Shown piece by piece: positions 20,146 to 29,249 of a stretch of 42,500 nucleotides of DNA. The stretch covers positions 1 through 42,500 of the forward strand of contig CAZTLA010000002.1 of assembly GCA_964614365.1 (NCBI GenBank), in the 5' to 3' direction. The notes under the pieces are model-generated. The model was given only the letters and a program-made list of their open reading frames with translations. It searched no databases and was not told the DNA's origin. Numbering within the stretch: the first letter of the stretch is position 1; every line of letters starts with the position of its first letter. The stretch comes from an uncultured Syntrophales bacterium. GTDB taxonomy: Bacteria > Desulfobacterota > Syntrophia > Syntrophales > JACQWR01. The translations under genes were made by a program, and so were the position numbers.

Positions 20146-20802
20146 ATGTCCCGAACCATGCCTGAAATTCTCCTGTTTCTGGAAACCGTGATCTTTACTG
20201 CGGCGGTTTTCTTGCATTTGACGAAGAAGAACTTCACCGCTGTGCGCCTCTACATGGCGCAGTCCACGGCCATCGCCGCGCTGCTGGTGCTTTCCTCCTT
20301 CGACAAGACATCAACATTGCTGACGCTTGCAATCATTTCCACGATTGCGGTGAAAACAATCATTGCCCCCTATTTCTTTTTTGGTCTGATAAAAAAACAT
20401 CGGCTTAAATTTACCGTAAGCACGTATCTGAATACGCCCATAACCCTGCTCGTGATAGCCGCGCTGGTAGCGATCACCCAGATGAATTTCTTCAGACCCC
20501 TGGCGTTCCTGGCACCGGCGGGAAAGAACATGCTGCTGCTTTCCGTCGCCACCATATTGATATCGCTGTTTTTGACTATAAACAGAAAGGGTGCGCTTTC
20601 CCAAATGCTCGGCATCCTCTCGCTGGAGAACGGCATCGTCTCCTTTGCCCTGTTCGCAGGGTTGGAACAGAATGCGGGTCTGCAACTGGGAATAACCTTT
20701 AACATTCTCATCTGGGTCATCATCGCCACGGTCTTTGCCTCCATGATCTACCGGCAATTTGGGTCCCTCGATGTGACCACGATGAAAAAACTGACGGAGT
20801 GA
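20146..20802 (+). CDS. HyfE-like (hydrogenase-4 component E / NuoK-related) membrane subunit
   Basis: 218-aa polytopic protein with the GILSLENGI motif seen in HyfE/EhaH-type subunits. Its position between the NuoH-like and NuoN-like genes matches hyf/ech-type operons. Confidence 0.7.
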   Translation: MSRTMPEILLFLETVIFTAAVFLHLTKKNFTAVRLYMAQSTAIAALLVLSSFDKTSTLLTLAIISTIAVKTIIAPYFFFGLIKKHRLKFTVSTYLNTPITLLVIAALVAITQMNFFRPLAFLAPAGKNMLLLSVATILISLFLTINRKGALSQMLGILSLENGIVSFALFAGLEQNAGLQLGITFNILIWVIIATVFASMIYRQFGSLDVTTMKKLTE

Positions 20803-20806
20803 GCGG

Positions 20807-22248
20807 ATGGCGCTGCTTTTGCTGATCATAACCCCGCTTATTGCCGCACTCACGTCTCTGTCCGTGCGAAGAGCGGCCCGGCCTCTGGAGATTGCGGCGG
20901 CGGTTGCCGCCCCCGTGGAACTGCTCTCCGTACTTGCGATCGCGTCGGCGGTCTACCATAACGGCCGCTGCGAATTCGGCGCTTATTTTTCCGTCGATTC
21001 GACGGGAATGATTGTTCTGGCAACCGTCGCCCTGGTCGGGTTCGCAGCGTCTTACTACTCCATCGGCTACCTCTGCCAGGAGGTGGCGAAGCAGATTATC
21101 GGCTTCCATCGGGTAAAGCAGTATTTCGTGCTTTTCCACCTGTTTCTCATGGCCATGTTTTTTGCGATTATGACCGTCAATCCCATCATGATGTGGATCG
21201 CCATCGAAGCCACTACCCTTTCGACGGCCTTCCTGATCAGTTTTTATAACAAACCATCGGCGATGGAAGCGGCCTGGAAGTACCTGATAATCAATTCGGT
21301 GGGCTTGCTGCTGGGATTTTTCGGCACGCTGCTGTTCTCCTCTCCCGTCGTCCCCGCCGCAGATACGTTCCTCACCTGGCGGACGCTGCGAGCCTGAATC
21401 CCCTGCTGGTGAAGATGGCCTTCATCTTCGTGCTCATCGGCTACGGCACCAAGGCGGGCCTGGCGCCGATGCATACCTGGCTGCCGGATGCCCACAGCAA
21501 AGCTCCGTCGCCGATCAGCGCGCTGTTATCAGGAGCACTGCTCAACGTTGCCCTGCTCGCCATATTGAAATTCAAAATGATCACTGACGTCGCCTTGGGG
21601 GTGACTTTTTCGCAGGGGCTGCTGATTTTTTTCGGTACCCTGTCGATAGGTATCCCCGCGTTCATCATCATCGTACAGAGAAATTACAAACGCCTCTTTG
21701 CCTATTCCAGCATCGAGCACATCGGTATTGTGACACTGGGCTTCGGCTTCGGGGGTATCGGTTCCTTTGCGGCTCTGCTGCATATGATTTATCATTCGCT
21801 GGCAAAATCGGTCCTGTTTTTTTCCGCCGGAAACATCTTTCTGAAATACGGTTCTACAAAGATCGATAACGTGAAGGACGTCTTGCAGATGCTGCCGGTC
21901 ACCGGAAGGATTTTGCTGTTGGGCTTTCTCGCCATCGCCGGCGTGCCGCCCTTCGGCATTTTTATCACGGAGATATATATACTGGCCGCCGGTATCGCGG
22001 GCCACCCGGTCGTGGTCATTGCGGTGCTGGTATTTCTGGCGCTGATTTTTATCGGGTTCTTGAGGTACGTCAAGGGCATGGCGTTTAGCGGCCCTGCCCG
22101 GTCGCTTTCATTCGTTTCATCCGGGGAATCCAATTATTTGACCGTTGTTCCGCCCGTTGCCCTGCTTGCGGTTCTGATTACCCTTGGATTCTACCTGCCG
22201 CCACCGCTGAAGGCATCGCTGGACGCGGCGGCAGCGTTAATCCGCTAA
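20807..22248 (+). pseudogene. NuoN/NuoM/HyfF-like antiporter-type membrane subunit, split by a -1 frame change near 21385-21397
   Basis: ORFs 20807-21397 (frame 2) and 21409-22248 (frame 1). Frame 1 is already open upstream and reads ...ASLNPLLVKMAFIFVLIGYGTKAGLAPMHTWLPDAHSKAPSPISALLSG (Proton_antipo_M signature). One extra base in AGCCTG (for example AGCCCTG) would fuse the two parts. Confidence 0.7.
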
Positions 22249-22256
22249 CGGGAACT

Positions 22257-23837
22257 ATGACGAAGAAGAATCTCATAAAGAAATACCTTCCCGTGGGAAT
22301 ATCCGCCCGTGAACACGGCAACCTGATCGTCTATGAATTGCCGGCAGGGAAGATCGTTGCGGAGTGCGAAAAACTTTATCGCCGTTACCGTCTGCCGCTG
22401 AAGACCATTGCCGCATTCGATGAAAGGGACGCAGGGGGATTCTTCCGGATAATGTACCTCTTCGGCATGCCCACGGAAAACATTTTTCTGGCGCCGTACC
22501 TGTTGGTGGAAAATGATTTCCCCTCGCTGACGCCTTCGATTCACGAAGCATCTACCTATGAGAGGAAGATAAAGACCTTTTTCGGCCTGATCCCCCAAGG
22601 CCATCCGGATCCAAGGCCTTTGATCCTTCACGAAAACTGGCCGGACAATGTTTTCCCCCTGAGAAAAGATTTTCCCGCGAATCTAAGACCGAAAATCGCA
22701 GCGGGTGAGTTTCCTTTCCGGAAAATCGATGGTGAGGGGATATATGAAATACCCGTTGGGCCGGTCCATGCCGGCATTATCGAGCCCGGCCATTTCCGGT
22801 TCAGCGTTGCCGGGGAAGAAATACTCTTCCTTGAGCCGAGGCTCGGCTATTCCCACAAAGGCTGTGAAAAATTGTTCGAAACATTGGCGCCTCCGGATAA
22901 ACTCAGATTGGCGGAGCGCATCTCCGGCGACAGCTCCTACAGTCATTCGCTGGCTTTCTGCTTAGCGCTGGAATCCCTGAGCGGCACCGTTGCGGGGGAG
23001 AAAAGCAGCTACGTGAGGGTCATTTTTTTCGAACTGGAAAGACTTGCCAACCATCTGGGCGATATCGGCGCCATTATGACGGATACGGGCTTCAATTTTG
23101 GCGGAGCCCATGGCGCACGCTTACGGGAAATTGTCATGCGGATGAACGAACGCCTTACGGGCAGCCGGTTCCTGAGGGGAGTCAACAAGGTGGGCGGAGT
23201 TTCAAAAGACATGGCGTCCGATGCCGCGATGAGTTTGGACCGGGAACTGGACGGATTGGGCGTTGATTTTTCCGAGGTCATGGCCGTAACGGAGGAAAGT
23301 AATTCGCTTATAAACCGCCTCAAGAACACCGGGGTGCTGGCCTACGACATCGCGCGGGACCACGGGGTGATCGGTGTTGCCGGGAAAGCGCTTGGCCTTG
23401 CCGCCGACGCCAGAATCGATTATCCTTATGCCGCCTACGCAAGGCTCCCCTTTGACGTGGCAACGGAGAAGAGTGGTGACGTGCATGGCAGGTTTTATGT
23501 TCGCGTCAGGGAGACATTCTCTTCGATCGGACTTATGAAAAAAGCCTTGCAAACGCTCCGGCAGCTTGATGGCGGCTCCGTCTCAGATGGTCCCGTCTCA
23601 GACGTACCTGCTTTCAGGAAGAATTCTTATGCCGTTGGGATTGTTGAAGGGTGGCGGGATGATATCGTATACCTCGTCGCTACCGATTCCTCCGGCGCCG
23701 TAAGCCGTGTTGATGTGCGTGATCCCTCATTTCTGAACTGGACCGTCCTGGGGCATGCAGCCCGCGGCAACATGGTGCCCGATTTCCCTCTCATCAATAA
23801 AAGTTTCAACCTTTCCTACTCCGGGAATAACCTGTAG
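22257..23837 (+). CDS. fused NuoC-NuoD / HycE-like 'large subunit' lacking all four NiFe cysteine ligands
   Basis: 526 aa. It has a NuoC-like N-terminus and then PVGPVHAGIIEPGHFRF, typical of group-4 large subunits/NuoD. The N-terminal ligand motif reads ERISGDSSYSH (about 22914-22946) instead of ER.CG.C...H. The C-terminus reads SFNLSYSGNNL (23793-23834) instead of DPC..C..R. Confidence 0.8.
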   Translation: MTKKNLIKKYLPVGISAREHGNLIVYELPAGKIVAECEKLYRRYRLPLKTIAAFDERDAGGFFRIMYLFGMPTENIFLAPYLLVENDFPSLTPSIHEASTYERKIKTFFGLIPQGHPDPRPLILHENWPDNVFPLRKDFPANLRPKIAAGEFPFRKIDGEGIYEIPVGPVHAGIIEPGHFRFSVAGEEILFLEPRLGYSHKGCEKLFETLAPPDKLRLAERISGDSSYSHSLAFCLALESLSGTVAGEKSSYVRVIFFELERLANHLGDIGAIMTDTGFNFGGAHGARLREIVMRMNERLTGSRFLRGVNKVGGVSKDMASDAAMSLDRELDGLGVDFSEVMAVTEESNSLINRLKNTGVLAYDIARDHGVIGVAGKALGLAADARIDYPYAAYARLPFDVATEKSGDVHGRFYVRVRETFSSIGLMKKALQTLRQLDGGSVSDGPVSDVPAFRKNSYAVGIVEGWRDDIVYLVATDSSGAVSRVDVRDPSFLNWTVLGHAARGNMVPDFPLINKSFNLSYSGNNL

Positions 23838-23940
23838 ATTTCCGTATCTTTTGTCCTTCGTTTCAATCCTTCAAGATATCCCTGTTGCGTGATATTCATA
23901 TGGGTTTTTGCGCGGCGCTGAGCACTATACAGGTCATGCC

Positions 23941-23968
23941 GCAGGGCGCCTTGAACGAGTTGAAGTCA
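23941..23968 (+). repeat. right copy of the 28-nt direct repeat bracketing the Ehr-like operon
   Basis: See 16522-16549. This copy lies 104 nt downstream of the large-subunit stop. Confidence 0.8.
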
Positions 23969-24024
23969 TCTGAAATAATCATTGACAGATGATTTATTTT
24001 CGCCTAAGGAATTCCCTATTGTAA

Positions 24025-24036
24025 ATTGTATACAAT
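24025..24036. promoter_or_regulatory. perfect 12-bp palindrome ATTGTATACAAT, a candidate GntR-family operator upstream of tctB
   Basis: It lies in the 274-bp intergenic region before the TTT operon and contains the GT-N-AC core typical of GntR/FadR-type operators. A partial half-site ATTGTA sits immediately upstream (24019-24024), and TTGACA lies at 23983-23988. Confidence 0.4.
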
Positions 24037-24111
24037 CTACGATACCTCGTATGCTGATTTCGCCGGGGCTCATGGTTACGATGCACAAAGGGCCATTTCA
24101 AATGACAGGCG

Positions 24112-24612
24112 GTGGGCAATACCCTAAACAACATGGATATGAAAAAATTCAAACATCCGGCTTTTCTGTTTAATGCTTTTGTCCTGGCGAGTTTCATAAT
24201 TCTCAACTGCATAGCGGCCGGTTATTCCGAAGGAGCTCGGCGGTTTCCCCAGTTCGTTTTGGGGATCGGGATAGCAGTCAGCGTATTCTGGATGGCAATC
24301 TATTTTGTTTTTCCCAAGGCCCTGCATTTTATCGAAACCCAGGAAGAGTATGAAGAGACCGATGCGGCAAACCCCACGCGATTCTACCTGGCGTGTGCGT
24401 GCGTGATCTTTTCCGTTCTCGTCGGATACCTCCTGGGTTTTCTCTTTCTTGTCCCGGCCGTTTTCCTGGGTTACGGCCTTATGCTCGGCGACAGAAGGAA
24501 TCTTGGCATATTAATTATCGTGGCCATCATCACAACCGCGCTTTTTTATCTCGGATTTGATTACCTGCTGAACATCCCGCTGCTGAAAGGCGCGATTTTG
24601 GATCTGAGTTAG
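24112..24612 (+). CDS. tctB: tripartite tricarboxylate transporter small membrane subunit TctB
   Basis: About 160-aa four-TM protein immediately upstream of tctA. The start may be Met 8 (24133). Confidence 0.75.
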   Translation: MGNTLNNMDMKKFKHPAFLFNAFVLASFIILNCIAAGYSEGARRFPQFVLGIGIAVSVFWMAIYFVFPKALHFIETQEEYEETDAANPTRFYLACACVIFSVLVGYLLGFLFLVPAVFLGYGLMLGDRRNLGILIIVAIITTALFYLGFDYLLNIPLLKGAILDLS

Positions 24613-24641
24613 TAACCCATAGCGAAGATGGAGAACGCAAG

Positions 24642-26141
24642 ATGGTAAATTGGGATATTGTGCTTCAAGGCATAGAATTGACTCTTACCGTGCAAAACAT
24701 ACTTCTTCTCGTCGCCGGGTTTTTTCTGGGAGTGATCGTGGGGATCCTGCCCGGAATCGGCCCTGCTGCGGGGATGGCGCTTATTCTTCCCTTCAGTTTC
24801 AACCTGCCTGCCGGTAGCGCTCTCATTTTGATGAGCGGCGTTTATCTGGCCTCAAATTATGGAGGCTCCATCGCGGCAATCCTGGTGAATACTCCGGGGG
24901 AATCGGCCAGCGCCGCCACGCTCCTGGACGGCTATCCCATGACCCAGAAGGGGCGCGCCGCTGAGGCGCTGGGGATATCGGCCGCCGCTGGCTCTCTGGG
25001 AGGCATGCTGGGTCTTATCGCCCTGATCTTTACCGCCCCGCTCCTTGCCCGCATGGCGTTGCGATTTGGCCCGCCGGAGAACGCCCTGCTTGCCCTTTTT
25101 GCGCTTTCCGTTATTTCAGCCATCGTGAAACGGAATCCCATCAAGGGACTGATCTCTGCCTGCATTGGGCTGGCCCTGGCAACCGTGGGAATGGACATGG
25201 TGAGCGGCGATTACCGCTTCGTCTTCGGCCTGGATGATCTTCAGGACGGCGTACCATTCATTCAGACGATGGTGGGGCTGTTTGCCGTTGCCCAGGTTAT
25301 TATCCTGGCGGAGTATAACCGGGCTATCAGCAAGGTTGATCTGGCGGGATCGGGGTTGCTTGCCGGCGTCAGGACGACGTTCAAGCATCCCCTGACGCTA
25401 ATGCGTTCGTTCATCATCGGCATCTGGATAGGGGCGCTTCCCGCCGCCGGCAGAAGTACGGCCTCTTTCATGGCCTATGCTGAGGAGGTGCGGTCTGCCA
25501 AGGATAAATCCCAGTTCGGCAAGGGGAATCCCGTAGGGGTGATCGCAAGCGAGATGGCCAACAATTCATGCGCCATGGGGGACCTGATTCCAACCCTCTC
25601 CCTGGGCATTCCCGGCAGTGTGGGGGCCGCCGTCTTCCTCGGCATCATGATCATTTTCGGCGTGATACCCGGATACAAGGTTTTTGTTGATCACGGCAGA
25701 GAAGTCTACAGCCTCTTTACGGCCTTCTTCATTGAAAACCTGCTCATTCTGATCCTTGGGCTGACCTACGCGAAATATCTGGCCAAGATCACCGTCGTCC
25801 GGAACGATGTCATCGTTCCCCTGATCCTGGTCTTTTCCCTGCTCGGGAGTTACTCCATCAGGAATTCCTATTTCGATCTGGGCCTGACCTCGATTTTCGG
25901 GATACTGGGATACTTCATGGCCAAATACGGATACTCCCCGGTGCCGCTCGTTCTGGCCCTGGTACTGGGCCCCATGCTGGAAAAGAATTTCCAGCGGGCG
26001 ATGATCATCAGCGAAGGGTCGTACACAATTTTCCTTCAGTCGGGAATAAGCATTGCGCTCGTGGCGATGACCGTATTCTCGCTGTGTTATCCATACCTTT
26101 CGGTTCTTTTGGAAAAATTGAAGAATAGAGATAGTGCCTGA
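24642..26141 (+). CDS. tctA: tripartite tricarboxylate transporter large permease TctA
   Basis: 499-aa polytopic protein with the TctA-family motifs G...GILPGIGP, YGGSI.AIL.N.PGE and LPG.G...A.F..Y. Confidence 0.9.
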   Translation: MVNWDIVLQGIELTLTVQNILLLVAGFFLGVIVGILPGIGPAAGMALILPFSFNLPAGSALILMSGVYLASNYGGSIAAILVNTPGESASAATLLDGYPMTQKGRAAEALGISAAAGSLGGMLGLIALIFTAPLLARMALRFGPPENALLALFALSVISAIVKRNPIKGLISACIGLALATVGMDMVSGDYRFVFGLDDLQDGVPFIQTMVGLFAVAQVIILAEYNRAISKVDLAGSGLLAGVRTTFKHPLTLMRSFIIGIWIGALPAAGRSTASFMAYAEEVRSAKDKSQFGKGNPVGVIASEMANNSCAMGDLIPTLSLGIPGSVGAAVFLGIMIIFGVIPGYKVFVDHGREVYSLFTAFFIENLLILILGLTYAKYLAKITVVRNDVIVPLILVFSLLGSYSIRNSYFDLGLTSIFGILGYFMAKYGYSPVPLVLALVLGPMLEKNFQRAMIISEGSYTIFLQSGISIALVAMTVFSLCYPYLSVLLEKLKNRDSA

Positions 26142-26221
26142 TAAACCTTAATAAAGAAGCTGTTAGCCTGAACTTAACCGGCGGGAGAAAGGATTCCGCC
26201 ACTCTTGAAGGAGGGTCTGTT

Positions 26222-27187
26222 ATGAAAAGAATCGTTGTGGCCGCGTGTGTTATCGTGCTGTGCTTATCGTTCTTTACTCTTTCGGCTTTTTCCGAAGATA
26301 AATTCCCCTCGAAGCCGATCACTATCAACGTGGGACAGGCTGCGGGTGGAGGCACGGACATCATTGCCCGCACCCTGGAGTCTTTTCTTTCAAAAGAACT
26401 CAAGGTTCCCGTCATTGTTCAAAATCAGACCGGGGCGGGCGGCGACATGGTTAATAATTTCATCTGGAAAGCCAAACCGGACGGATACAATCTCGTTATG
26501 ACCGTTCTCCCCTCTTTCACCAACCGGGAATTGATCAGAAAGCAGCCCTTCAAGATTTTGGAGATGAGTTTTATTTATGGGATTGCCGGTGGAGACTTTA
26601 ATGCGATCATGGTTCCCTTCAACTCGCCCATAAAGAACTTTCAGGATCTGAAAAAAGCATCCGCCGAGAAGGCGCTTTCCTGCGGCGGCGTTACGCCCGG
26701 CTCCAATTCCTGGTACGCCTCCATCCTGCTTCGCGAGGCAACGGGCATCAAGTTTAAATATGTTCCCTATGACAGCGGCACGGAGGCGGCAACCGCCGCG
26801 GGCGGCGGGCATGTGGACCTGGCCATTACCTCCATCATTTCCGCAAAGCAGCCGGTCCAGAACAAGCTGGTCCGTTTAATCGCCACCTTCGGCGGAACGC
26901 GCGATACGGACTTTCCGGATGTGCCCACGATGGTTGACCTGGGCCACAAGGAGATTCACTTCGCCACCCGTCAAGGGTTGGCTGGTCCTCCGGGGATGCC
27001 CAAGGATATCGTCAATAGTATTGCTAAAGCCGCAGCAAAGGCCGTTCAGGAGCCGAAATTCAAGGAAATCGCGGACAGGCAGGGGTTCACCGTTGATCCC
27101 ATGATGGGACCGGAATTCCACGAATGGGCCATGGGCATGAGCGCACAGGCCAGAAAATTCCTCACGAAGGCCGGGGAAATAAAGTAA
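26222..27187 (+). CDS. tctC: TctC/Bug-family periplasmic substrate-binding protein
   Basis: 321 aa with a signal peptide. It has the P.KPIT..V...AGGG.D..AR, N..GAGG and VPY.G...A..A..GGHVD patterns of the Bug/TctC family. Confidence 0.85.
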   Translation: MKRIVVAACVIVLCLSFFTLSAFSEDKFPSKPITINVGQAAGGGTDIIARTLESFLSKELKVPVIVQNQTGAGGDMVNNFIWKAKPDGYNLVMTVLPSFTNRELIRKQPFKILEMSFIYGIAGGDFNAIMVPFNSPIKNFQDLKKASAEKALSCGGVTPGSNSWYASILLREATGIKFKYVPYDSGTEAATAAGGGHVDLAITSIISAKQPVQNKLVRLIATFGGTRDTDFPDVPTMVDLGHKEIHFATRQGLAGPPGMPKDIVNSIAKAAAKAVQEPKFKEIADRQGFTVDPMMGPEFHEWAMGMSAQARKFLTKAGEIK

Positions 27188-27200
27188 AGGAACGTCATCC

Positions 27201-27881
27201 ATGGGGAAAAACCTTTCTCTTCCCTCTTTGAACAATGTGGGAACCCTACCCCACCGGGTGTATCTGCTCCTGGAAGATGCAATCCTCCGGGGCAAAATAA
27301 AACAGGGCGACCGCCTGATTGAGGATGATCTGTCGACTGTCATGGGCGTCAGCCGCGCCCCCATCAGGGAGGCCTTCCGGCTGATGGAAAAGGAGGGCCT
27401 CATCAAGATCATCCCCCGCAAGGGGGCGATCGTCAGTTCCGTCTCCCGGGAGGATGTGGCGGAAATCTACGAGGTATCCTCTGTCCTGGAAGGTCTTGCA
27501 GCGCGCCTCTTCTGCGAACGGGCTACGGAAACCGAGCTTAAGAAGATGAAGAAAATCTGCCGGGATATGGAAACGCAGATCGAAAAAAAGAACCTGCTCA
27601 AATACCGGAAGCTGAACCGGGATTTCCACGAAGTGTTTATCAACGGCTGCGCAAATAAGAAAATAAAAGAGGTCTATGGCTCGTTTCAGAAACAGATCCA
27701 CTGGTTTCAGAATGTTTCCCTGTCCTCCCAGGGGCGACCGGAGATTTCTTTGAAAGAGCACAAAAGCATTCTCGATGCCTTTTTGAAAAAGGACTGTGAC
27801 GCCGCGGAACATGCGGCACAAGATCACGTTCGGCGTGCTGCAAGCTATTTTCTTAGTAAAACAGACAACAGAGGAGACTGA
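27201..27881 (+). CDS. GntR-family transcriptional regulator with FCD (FadR-C-terminal-like) domain
   Basis: N-terminal winged HTH (L.E..L....GVSR.PIREA...L..EGL....PRKGA.V) plus an alpha-helical C-terminal domain of about 150 aa. Confidence 0.85.
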   Translation: MGKNLSLPSLNNVGTLPHRVYLLLEDAILRGKIKQGDRLIEDDLSTVMGVSRAPIREAFRLMEKEGLIKIIPRKGAIVSSVSREDVAEIYEVSSVLEGLAARLFCERATETELKKMKKICRDMETQIEKKNLLKYRKLNRDFHEVFINGCANKKIKEVYGSFQKQIHWFQNVSLSSQGRPEISLKEHKSILDAFLKKDCDAAEHAAQDHVRRAASYFLSKTDNRGD

Positions 27882-27883
27882 AC

Positions 27884-28555
27884 ATGGCGCAGGCAATCAG
27901 AACCATTGAGCGCGTTCCGGCGGAACTGGCAACCAGGTACAAGGATTTGAGTTCCGCAACGGTGCACGAGGCATCCGGAGCCAAGGGGGCGCTTTCATCG
28001 CGGATAAAGCCCATCTCCCCGGAAATGAAGGTGTGCGGGCCTGCCGTGACTGTGAAGGTAAGGCCGGGAGATAACCTGATCCTCCACAAGGCGATCTACG
28101 TCGCCCGGGCGGGCGATGTCATTGTGGCCGATGCGGACGGTTGTACCGAAGCCGGCCCCTGGGGTGAGATCATGGCTGTGGCCGCTATGGCGCGGGGCAT
28201 TGCCGGACTGGTGATCAATGGATCGGTGCGCGATTCCCAGGCCATGAGCGATCTGGGATTCCCCGTGTTTTCCTGTGCTCTCTGCATCAAGGGCACGGAG
28301 AAGCTTTCCCTGGGGCTCATCAACCATCCCCTGAATCTGGATAATGTCACGATTGCCCCCGGCGACCTGATCCTGGGCGATCGCGACGGTGTGGTGGTGG
28401 TGAGGCGGGAAGAAGCGGTTCAGGTGCTCGAAAAGTCCCTGGCCCGCGAGGAAAAAGAAAAAACGATTAAGGAACGATTGCGAGCAGGCGAATCCACACT
28501 TGATATTTACGGTTTCGGCGAGATTTTGAAGACGCGAGGCCTTACCGAAGAATAG
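27884..28555 (+). CDS. RraA-like / 4-hydroxy-4-methyl-2-oxoglutarate (HMG/CHA) aldolase-family protein, paralog 1
   Basis: 223 aa with the RraA-fold pattern (GD.I.......A.WGE......A...G..G.VI.GSVRD......GFPVF). The conserved R-D pair is present. Confidence 0.75.
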   Translation: MAQAIRTIERVPAELATRYKDLSSATVHEASGAKGALSSRIKPISPEMKVCGPAVTVKVRPGDNLILHKAIYVARAGDVIVADADGCTEAGPWGEIMAVAAMARGIAGLVINGSVRDSQAMSDLGFPVFSCALCIKGTEKLSLGLINHPLNLDNVTIAPGDLILGDRDGVVVVRREEAVQVLEKSLAREEKEKTIKERLRAGESTLDIYGFGEILKTRGLTEE

Positions 28556-28566
28556 GAAGAAACGTT

Positions 28567-29238
28567 ATGGAAGCGAAAGAATTTGACGCAACGTATCGCA
28601 AGCGCCTGGAAAAGCTCGCCACCACCAATATCGCGGACGCCATGGACAAGGTGGGGATCCGCGGGGCGGTGATCGGCATCAAGCCCCAGTACGACTGCCC
28701 GAAGATCACGGGCCGGGCGGTGACGATCAAGATAACTGCCGCCGGAGCGGTGGCCTCGAAATATCACCTGGGTGTGAGGGCCATCGATGCGGCAAGCTCC
28801 GGGGACGTGATCATCATCGACAACCGCGGCGACTTGAACAACAACTGCTGGGGAGAAATACTTTCCATGGGTTCCAAGATGAAGGGAATATCCGGCGTTG
28901 TCGTGGACGGTGCGGCGCGCGACATCGATGCCTGCAAGGAATTCGGTTTCCCCGTCTATGCGCGGGGCACGGTTCCCATCACGGCGCGGGGCAGGATCAT
29001 GGAGGAATCGTTCAACGAGGTGATCCGGGTAGGCGATGTGCAGGTAAGCCCAGGGGATATCGTCATGGCCGACATAAACGGCGTGGTGATCATTCCCGTA
29101 GCAAGGCTTGATGAGGTGCTTACGGCGGCGGAGGGCCTTATGGAGAAGGAACTGGCCATGGTGGAGGAACTCAGAAGAGGCGTCTCCATGTTGGAGGTGG
29201 ATCAGAAGTTTGCTTATGAGGCGATGTTAAAAAAGTAG
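28567..29238 (+). CDS. RraA-like / HMG-CHA aldolase-family protein, paralog 2
   Basis: 223 aa with the same fold pattern (GDVIIID......CWGEILS...K..GISGVVVDGAARD......FGFPVYARG). Confidence 0.75.
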   Translation: MEAKEFDATYRKRLEKLATTNIADAMDKVGIRGAVIGIKPQYDCPKITGRAVTIKITAAGAVASKYHLGVRAIDAASSGDVIIIDNRGDLNNNCWGEILSMGSKMKGISGVVVDGAARDIDACKEFGFPVYARGTVPITARGRIMEESFNEVIRVGDVQVSPGDIVMADINGVVIIPVARLDEVLTAAEGLMEKELAMVEELRRGVSMLEVDQKFAYEAMLKK

Positions 29239-29249
29239 GGAGACATGCG

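Noticed and set aside
21395-21397. TGA at the end of the first NuoN-like fragment as a possible selenocysteine or read-through codon.
   Set aside because: Reading through in the same frame gives sequence unrelated to the family, whereas the conserved continuation is in the -1 frame. This is a frameshift, not recoding of the stop.
23982-24212. Short ORFs 23982-24173 (plus) and 23994-24212 (minus) in the tctB leader.
   Set aside because: They overlap each other and the promoter/operator region, and neither has an RBS or protein-like composition. The region is better interpreted as regulatory.
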